Shown here one piece after another: positions 25,116 through 32,000 of a stretch of 32,000 bases of DNA. The translations under genes and the position numbers were made by a program. The stretch's first letter is position 1. Every line of letters starts with the position of its first letter. The notes beneath the pieces were generated by a model. That model was not told the origin of the DNA. It made no database searches and saw only the letters and a list, made by a program, of their open reading frames with translations. Source of the stretch: Trichodesmium erythraeum IMS101 (GTDB lineage Bacteria > Cyanobacteriota > Cyanobacteriia > Cyanobacteriales > Microcoleaceae); assembly GCF_000014265.1 (NCBI RefSeq), contig NC_008312.1, positions 4,710,001 to 4,742,000 on the forward strand. Direction: 5' to 3'.

Positions 25116-26491
25116 CGGGACTTTAGTGAAAAAATAGTAAAAAAAAGGGTATAATGTATACCTGATATGTATTTTACGTTAATTACTGGCCTGGGAAAAG
25201 TTTGATGAAAGAAACAACTTCAGTGGCCATGCCCTCTTGTTTCCATCGATGGTGCGATCGCTTTAACAATGTCTTTAAAACAAAAGCCCAAAAAACAGGG
25301 TTTAGGGAATATATAGGAGGATTACTCTTGAGAAAGCGATCGAAAAAACTTGTCTCAAATTGCCAACAACACTGTAGGTCACACGTACCACAAATTACGG
25401 CATTTTCTAGTTCGAGCAAATTGGTCTGTAGATGCTGTGAATGAGCGTCGTCTTCAAGTAATGTGGGAACGTCGCCAAACAAAACCTTCTCGATCCTATT
25501 GCTTTAATTATAGACGATTCAGGCCACAGAAAAAGTGGTAATTTTACTGCAGGAGTAGGGCGGCAATATATAGGAGAAATAGGAAAAACAGATAATGGTG
25601 TAGTCGTGGTGACAACTCATCTTTATGATGGAGTTAAAAGTCTACCTTTAGACATAGCTTTGTATCAGAAAGCTGATTCTTTTCCAAAAGGAAAAAAAGA
25701 CCCAGAATTTGTCAAGAAACCAGACGAGTGCAATGTCTCTAGTAGATCAATGTTTGTCCAGAGGACACCAACCAGAAATTGTGTTAATTGAAATTTGGCT
25801 ATGGTAACAATACATCATTCTTAAATCAACTAGAGAAAAGAAGTTTAACTTATATAGGAGGATTAGCTAAAAATCGAAAAGTCATCATTAAAAAACAAGA
25901 TGACATTAAAGAGGAAATTAGATTAGACAAGCTGGCAGAAAGTATACCTCAGAAAGCTTTCAACTTAGTTCAACTAAGTACAAAAAATGCTAGAGAAGTT
26001 TGGGTAGCTACATTAGAAGTAGAAATATCTAGGATGTCAGGTCAAAAAACTATAGCTATCGTTATGAATGCTAAAAGTTTTTCTGAGGCCACTGATATTA
26101 ACTATTATATCACTAATAGAGAAGACAAATATGTAACTCCTGAGTGGATATATTCTACTTATTCTCAAAGAAATTGGGTGGAAGTTTTCTACAGGGAAGC
26201 CAAAGGATGGTTAGGATTAAGAGAATATCAAGTCAGAGATAAAATCAGCCTTAAAAGGCATTTTATTTTAGTATTTTGTGCTTATACATTTATTATCTGG
26301 CATCAGTTAACAGGAGGTATAAGAAGGCGTTGGGCTAACAAACCATTAAATACGTTTACTGATACTTTAGAAGCATTTCGTACCGCAATATCTTATCGTT
26401 TTGTTGAGTGGTTAGATGAAAACATCGACGTATTTACCGCTCATAAAGAGAGTTTAGGGTTTGTTTGGGCTTGAAATTTGCTAAAGTCCCG
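25116..26491 (+). mobile_element. IS701-like element, complete copy 2 (1376 bp)
   Basis: Same termini as copy 1, with a 4-bp target duplication TTAA (25112-25115 and 26492-26495). All ORF-track fragments have amino-acid sequences identical to copy 1. Confidence 0.9.
25202..26474 (+). pseudogene. IS701-like transposase, same multi-frameshift allele as copy 1
   Basis: ORFs 25202..25444, 25350..25541, 25606..25791 and 25788..26474 are identical in sequence to those of copy 1. Confidence 0.8.
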
Positions 26492-26842
26492 TTAATTAAG
26501 GATCTAAATTTCAGCATTTTTGATTTTTGGGAATGCTTAGCAAACAGAGATCGGCGAGAAATTTAAGGGGACTTAACGGCTTTGTTGCATGAATGTTGCG
26601 ATCGCAGATGACTCCCTGGAGAGATGCAGTTCTAGATGTGTACTTGATAACTTTCGGGTTTACCATTCTGTATCATGGGGTTCAGGATAGCGCATTGAAT
26701 GAATAACTCCACTGCTTGATTATCAAATTATCGTCTTCGTAACTTCCCACCAAATAAAACTTTGAACCTAAACATAGTAGACATCTCCAAAATAAAAAAT
26801 AAGGTAAAATTATCAAAACCATTTATTTATAAAGTCTCCCAA

Positions 26843-27740
26843 ATGAATCCAACTTTAGAATATATTTATAACCATCCAAAAGAAACAAAAAGAATTATTG
26901 GCATTACTTATGAACAGCTAATAAAATTAATCGCAAAGGCCCAAATAATAGAATCAGAGAAAAAGAAGGCGATCGCTAAAACAGAAAAAAGATTAATTAA
27001 AGCAGGTGGAGTCAGAAAAAAGAATTTAACAAAGGAGGAAGAAATAATTTTAACGTTATTTTATTTACATCAAATACCGACTTTTCAAACATTAGGAATT
27101 AACTTTGGTATAAGTGAATCAAGTGCTAATAATATTTTTCATTACTGGATAGATATTCTCAGAGAATTACTGCCAGCAAGTTTATTAGAACAAGTAAAAA
27201 AAAAAAGAAAATGAATTGGAATGGTTAAAGGAGATATTAACAGAATTAGAATTAATTGTAGATAGTACAGAACAAAGTAGAGAAAGACCAAGTGAATATA
27301 AAGACCAAGAAAAATATAAAATATGAAAAAATAAAAATCATACTTTTAAAAATCAAATAATAACGACACCAAAAGGAACAGAAATAGTAGATGTAATAGT
27401 AGGAGAAAAAGGTCCAGTAAATGATGTAAAAATATTAAGAAAACAACAGGATAAATTTGATAAAAAACAAAAATTTCAAGGAGATAAAGCTTATGAAGGA
27501 GTAGAAAGAACTACTACACCAAAAAAGAAACCAAGAAAAAAAGAAATGCCGCTAGAAATCAAAGAAGAAAATCAAGAAAAAGCCAGAAAGAGAATATTTG
27601 TAGAACATGTAATAAGATTAATTAAAATATTTGGAATTGCTAGAGAAAGATTCAGATTAAAAGATAATAATTATCAAAAAGTAATCTTAACAATATGTGG
27701 TTTAGTGCGACTAAGAATTGGATCTTTTATATTAGCATAA
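26843..27740 (+). pseudogene. IS5-family / Harbinger-like (HTH_Tnp_4 + DDE_Tnp_4) transposase with one frameshift and one in-frame stop
   Basis: MNPTLEYIYNHPKETKRIIGITYEQL...LTKEEEIILTLFYLHQIPTFQTLGINFGISESSANNIFHYWIDILRELLPASLLEQVKKK is followed by an A-run frameshift (about 27200-27212). The sequence continues ENELEWLKEILTELELIVDSTEQSRERP...YKI-TGA-KNKNHTFKNQIITTPKGTEIVDV...FQGDKAY...RIFVEHVIRLIKIF...ICGLVRLRIG. This closely resembles a transposase family common in filamentous cyanobacteria. I could not define the element ends. Confidence 0.75.
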
Positions 27741-27867
27741 ACCATCAAAAGCTGAGATAAAAATAATAAATTAAAGTACAATAAATATTTGAATTAGTAA
27801 CACAAAGTATCTCTGATGCCCATAAAACTGTACAAATTAACTATCTTCATAAGTAGCGATCGCACCA

Positions 27868-28741
27868 CTAAAGATAGTTAGGATAAGCGTTTGAGTATTT
27901 TTGGAGATGTCTAGTGGTTTCAGATAGAGAGCGTCTATGGTATCCACTTTCATGCTTCCATTTTTGCCGTCCTATTTGACGAATTCCTCTGAGGTTCTCA
28001 TCTCTGGGAGCGGGTAGGGCTTTACAGTTGCCATGCTGCCTAATCACAGCATTTTTACGCGGTGGAATGGTCGTTTTTATGCCTCCTTGGTGAGCTGTTT
28101 CATAGCACTTGTATTTGTCATCAGCCCCATCACCTGAAACTTGGGCTATTTCACCTTCTACTCCATCTAATAGGTCAGAAAATACTTGGTCGTCACTCAC
28201 ATCATTGGTTGTGACAACTGCTGTGACAATCTCTCCGGTGGCCTCATTCACACTCTAGTAATTTACGCCATGTCCTACGTTTACCTACACCATGAATCCT
28301 GGTTTTCCATTCCCCTTCACCGTAGACTTTGACCCCTGTAGAATCAACTACCAAATGCATCCCTTCTGTCCTTGGTTTCACTGGTATCCCGATATTTAGT
28401 TTTCTGACCCTACGGCATACAGTGCTATGGTCTGGTACAGGTAAATCTAATCTCTAAAAATCAAATATAGATTCTACAAATCCTTCTGTCTGTCGCCCCG
28501 CCCTGCAAACAAACTACTGAGAGTGACCATTAGTTCAATAGCTACATCGCTATAGGTATTCGATGCTCCCTGACGTCCAGTTTGATGTTGATTTACCAAC
28601 TGTTCTATCACTTCATAACTTAGCCAAAATGTCAGGCTCCCTCTCTGCTTTAAGGAGGCATCATCCATACGACCAGTTGCTAACCCGGTACTTGGACTTG
28701 GACTTAGACTTGGACTTAGACTTAGACTTGGACTTACTCAT
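27868..28741 (-). pseudogene. IS5-family, IS903-like transposase relic (several frameshifts, 3' truncated)
   Basis: Minus-strand pieces read M(SK)7YRVSNWS..., DDASLKQRGSLTFWLSYEVIEQ...NTYSDVAIELM..., ...PVPDHSTVCRR...MHLVVDSTGVKVYGEGEWKTRIHGVGKRRTWRKL... and NEATGEIVTAVVTTNDVSDDQVFSDLL...VSGDGADDKYKCYE...IPPRKNA...YHRRSLSETT. They are collinear with IS903 transposase as I remember it (…YRVTNWPAYNNALINRGSLTFWLDDEAI…, HLVIDSTGLKVFGEGEWK…, AADGAYD…, YNRRSIAETAM). Confidence 0.75.
28691..28735. repeat. Hexanucleotide microsatellite (CTTRGA)x7.5
   Basis: cttggacttggacttagacttggacttagacttagacttggactt. It encodes (SK)7 at the extreme N-terminus of the IS903-like transposase on the minus strand. It produces the spurious LDLDLD ORF on the plus strand. 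Confidence 0.9.
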
Positions 28742-28905
28742 AAGGAGAGTTAATGCAGGATTTTGTGCTACCCACTGTTATTTTTACCATCTTTCCTTGC
28801 TTTGTGCAACAAAGCATAATTATATTATAAACAATCTTAACTGAATGGAACCAAAGGCCTAACTTATTTAGACTAAATCAACCAACAGATATTCTTAAAG
28901 ATTTA

Positions 28906-30814
28906 TTGCAAGATAAACGGTCTCCTGCTACTAGACATGGTTATGAAAGGGATTTAAAGGAATTTTTCAATTATGCAGTAGGTCAGTTACCCACACCAGA
29001 AATAGTCCAACAGTTCTTAAACCTAGACGAATTTACAGCCAAACAAATAGTCTTGAGTTATCGACGTTGGTTGTATTCTAAAGACCTCAAACCAGCAACA
29101 GTAAATAGAAAACTAGCAGCCATAAAAGCTTTAGTTAAGTATGCAAAAAGAATAGGCAAGAGTTGTTATGACCTAACTGACATACAAAGTGATAAAGTAA
29201 TTCCCTACAGAGATACAACTGGACTACCAGTGTCACAGATTACAGCAATTTTCAGGTAAATAGACCACAGTGGTTGAACCAACCGAAGGCATCATCTTCA
29301 GTAATGAAATTTACAACTTCAGCCATTGCTTGCTCCAGTGATTCATGGGTACGTGCCTCACAAGAACGGAGAAATTGCTTCAGTTTCGACCAACAAAGCT
29401 CACACTTGTGATAAATCAGGAGAGTAAGGGGGCAAAAACTTGACTTGAGCACCGACGGACTCAATGGCAACTCTGACACGTTCAGCATGATGAACCTTGA
29501 GATTATCCATTACCACGATTGCCCCTTGCCACAACTGAGGTAGTAAGACCTGGGTTTAATAAAGTGATAAATACCTCAGTATTTGTACTTCCTGGTACAG
29601 TCATCGACGCAATCAGTCCATCCAGGTTCAAAGCACCAATCAAAGAAACATTTCCACCCTTGCTACCTGGGATACTACCAACAGCTCGTTCCCCATCTAC
29701 GGCTCTGGCGAATAAACGAGACATTGACAAATTTATTCGGGCTTCATCAACAAATACTAAATTTCTGACATCAATTTTATCTAACCAACGTCGATAGTCA
29801 TGTCTTAACTCTTGGACTATTGGGGTATCTTGCTCACTGGCATAAAGACTTTTTTTTTGCACCGTAAGCCTAATTTTTCTACGGCGCGATGCATGGTGGA
29901 GATACTCACCCTAATTCCTGTTGTTTCTTGATAGCGAGCGCATAATTCTCTCAGCAATAAGTCATTTTTCTCCTCTACCAGAGATTTGATGATGTTGAGA
30001 TTATCATAGGAAATTATTGGCTGCTGATATCCTCCACGTCGTTTGGCCTCAATTTGTCCAAGAGTAACGATAATGACACAACAAATTTCGTACCATAGAC
30101 AAGCTGACCTTAAATCTTTCAGCCAACTGACGTTGAGAGCCTTCTTTTGCTTCCCAAGCTATAATCACGCGACGACGCAAATCACTCGAATACGATACTG
30201 GCATTAAATTTAACAATTACATCAAACCCATTTTACCGCACTTTGTGGTTCAATTACCTGAAAAGTGCTGTAAACAAATACTCCAGTCGCCAAATACTAA
30301 TCATTTTCAGGGAAAAAGGGACTACGCAATATTAAGACTACTTTGGGATAACGCCTTACGCCGGAGTGAAGTAGTAGCCATTGATATAGGAGATATAAGC
30401 TTAAGCGATCGTACTATTTGGATAAAAGGTAAAGGTACACAGGATAAAGAACGTATCACCATTAACCATAGAACAGTTGCAGCATTAAAAGATTATTTAT
30501 CAATTAGAAAAGGTGGCATAAACGACCTATTATTTATCAGTCTTAGTTCTGCTAATTGGGGTAACAGATTGGCTGATGATACTGTGTACAACTTAGTAAA
30601 ACGCACTTGTTCCGAACTAGGAATAGACAAACCCATGTCGCCACATAAAATCAGACATTCTGCCATTACTCATTTTCTAGACAAATCTGATGGAGACATT
30701 AGAAAAGTACAACAATATTCTCGTCATAAAAATGTGCAGACAGTTTTAGTCTATGACGACAATAGAAAAGACTATCAAGAACAAATGACTGATCTTATGG
30801 GAGAAGATTTTTAG
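28906..30814 (+). pseudogene. Tyrosine recombinase/integrase (XerC/D-like, about 292 aa) interrupted by IS630 type 2 copy C
   Basis: The N-part 28906-29242 (TTG start) has a SAM-like core-binding domain: RSPATRHGYERDLKEFFNY...TVNRKLAAIKALVKYAK. The C-part 30272-30814 reads GKRDYAILRLLWDNALRRSEV..., IKGKG, HKIRHSAITHFL, YSRHKNVQTVLVY (R...K...HxxR...H...Y). Deleting 29243-30272 (the IS plus one TA) restores ...PVSQIKQILQSPN... in frame. Confidence 0.9.
29241..30272 (-). mobile_element. IS630-family element, type 2, copy C (1032 bp, full length but frameshifted transposase)
   Basis: It has the same inverted repeats and TA/TA junctions. ORF fragments 29252..29488 and 29503..29862 plus the N-terminal HTH part need about 4 frame changes to assemble. 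The DNL...HH.../[10 protein letters not shown] block is present out of frame. Confidence 0.9.
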
Positions 30815-30925
30815 GACTAAAAGTCGTGACAATTTAAAAACTAGAAATAAATTCCGAAACTCTTATCTATTTACTATTACAACCAAACCTATTCTCAAAA
30901 AGTGGTAGGATTTTGACATAAATAA

Positions 30926-31162
30926 AATAGGATTGCTATAGAGTTATTTTCATTTTCTGACTCACCAAAAAGATTAACTCGACCAGAAGCTTGTGGTTTA
31001 AGGCATTTAGCATTAGAAGTAGATAATATTGATGAGTCTGTTGATTATTTGAAATCTCACGGTATAGAAGTAGAAAATATTAGAATTGACGAGATAACTG
31101 GTAAGCGTTTTACTTTTTTTCCAGATCCAGATAAATTACCTTTAGAAATTTATGAAAGTTAA
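30926..31162 (+). pseudogene. VOC/glyoxalase-family (YaeR-like) gene, C-terminal approximately 78 codons only
   Basis: The translation IAIELFSFSDSPKRLTRPEACGLRHLALEVDNIDESVDYLKSHGIEVENIRIDEITGKRFTFFPDPDKLPLEIYES* parallels E. coli YaeR residues ...VIELFSFPFPPERPSRPEACGLRHLAFSVDDIDAAV...IRVDPYTQKRFTFFNDPDGLPLELYEQ. An in-frame stop lies at 30923-30925 and no N-terminal half is present. Confidence 0.8.
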
Positions 31163-31370
31163 TACAGCCCTTGACCTTGTTATTTAGATACACCTAGGCT
31201 GGCAAGATGCATGCACGACATGATTTTGATCATAAAGGCTTTAGCCTGATTTTGGTGGTTTAAGCTAAAAAAGTTAGGATTTCGGGCTGACTATGACAGA
31301 AAAGTTAAGGGACAATTCTTATTCAGATCAAAGAAAAATTTGCATAGTTTTTTTTTGGTAGTTGTACTTT

Positions 31371-31529
31371 CTACTCACGAATCTCTAGTTTTGTTGATAG
31401 ATTTGGCCCAATTTGAGGTTCTTTGCCAGCTAAGAGTCGCTCAATATTGCTACTGTGACGCCAAATCACATATATACCACCTGCAATAGCAAATATCTTA
31501 TAGAAGCCATTTTGGATCTTTCTGAAAGA
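31371..31529 (-). pseudogene. plsY: plsY (glycerol-3-phosphate acyltransferase) 3' fragment, cut by the downstream IS
   Basis: Minus-strand translation gives ...GFYKIFAIAGGIYVIWRHSSNIERLLAGKEPQIGPNLSTKLEIRE* (stop at 31371-31373). It carries the PlsY C-terminal signature WRH..NI.RL..G.E.kI. The frame is lost at the IS junction, about 31505-31529. Confidence 0.65.
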
Positions 31530-32000
31530 CTATAATGGATAGAAAATGCCATATTCTAGTAGCTTGACAGATGAGGAGTGGGTTATAATTGAACCCCTGT
31601 TACCCAAAAAGAAAAGAACTTTTCCCCCCAAATGGACTAAAAGAGAAATATTGGATGGTGTTCTCTACCAACTTAAGAATGGTTGTAACTGGTGTGATTT
31701 ACCCAAGGATTTACCTCCTTATTCGACGGTATTTTGGCACTACAAACAATGGCGTATTGGAAGGAGTAATTGAGAAGATTAGAGATGTTTTACATTGGGA
31801 TTTCTGCGTCAAAAGGTAAAAAAAAAGCGCTCCGGGACAACTTTAATCATCATTGACTCACTAATCATCAAAAATACTTGTAATGCAAGTACAGAGTCGA
31901 AAGGATTTTTATTACAGAGTACTAATGGAATCAAGTGGCATCTAGCAGTAGATAGCCTCGGTTTTCTTTTTTTTACTCATTTAAGCAATATCAGTCTCTG
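31513..32000 (+). mobile_element. IS5-family (IS427/IS1031-like) element, 5' part, runs off the window; transposase frameshifted
   Basis: ORF 31546..31773 reads MPYSSSLTDEEWVIIEPLLPKKKRTFPPKWTKREILDGVLYQLKNGCNWCDLPKDLPPYSTVFWHYKQWR. A 1-nt insertion then shifts to GVLEGVIEKIRDVLH (ORF 31589..31819). An A9 run (about 31819-31827) leads to KKKRSGTTLIIIDSLIIKNTCNASTESKGF...TNGIKWHLAVDSLGFLFFTH. These blocks are typical of this IS group. The left end is approximate. Confidence 0.75.

Noticed and set aside
26492-26842. Searched for terminal inverted repeats of the Harbinger-like IS5 element and for coding relics
   Set aside because: I could not find convincing matching ends between the regions flanking 26843 and 27740, so the element boundaries are left undefined.
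28563-28844. Track ORF with an LDLDLDLDLDLDL repeat
   Set aside because: It is an artefact of translating the hexanucleotide microsatellite on the strand opposite the IS903-like transposase.

Overview
AT-rich (roughly one-third GC by eye) cyanobacterial chromosome segment. The taxon call rests on many HIP1 palindromes (GCGATCGC, e.g. near 1426, 4856, 5521, 6312, 19331, 22846, 25051, 26611, 27867) and on a DUF3086/DUF3119/MlaE neighbourhood. Composition and IS load are reminiscent of Trichodesmium-like filamentous genomes, but that is a guess. Layout: (1) 1-3.5 kb holds conserved genes. (2) About 5.2-13.4 kb is a large tandem array of Hsp20/alpha-crystallin paralogues. It has 7 full-size units of about 645-692 bp, each with its own leader and GGAGG ribosome-binding site. 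Three units are intact. Four are near-identical copies of one nonsense (TAA) allele. Decayed mini-units flank the array, and one IS630 element sits inside it. (3) 13.5-21.4 kb is an accessory region. It contains an orphan three-gene minus-strand cassette: small acidic protein, small repeat protein, and a 452-aa protein with a possible restriction-endonuclease-like N-domain and a glycine/alanine-zipper membrane C-domain. It also holds a decayed primase-polymerase-like gene and a three-layer nested IS structure. (4) 21.7-24.0 kb is a TIGR03032-TPR-glycosyltransferase-like fusion gene. (5) 25-32 kb is an IS graveyard: IS701-like, Harbinger-like IS5, IS903-like and IS630 elements, the last splitting a tyrosine recombinase. 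It also includes a truncated VOC gene and a plsY 3' fragment cut by an IS5/IS427-like element. No rRNA, tRNA or CRISPR was recognised. All homology statements come from my memory of family consensus sequences, not from searches. Mobile-element ends are good to about +/-2 bp.
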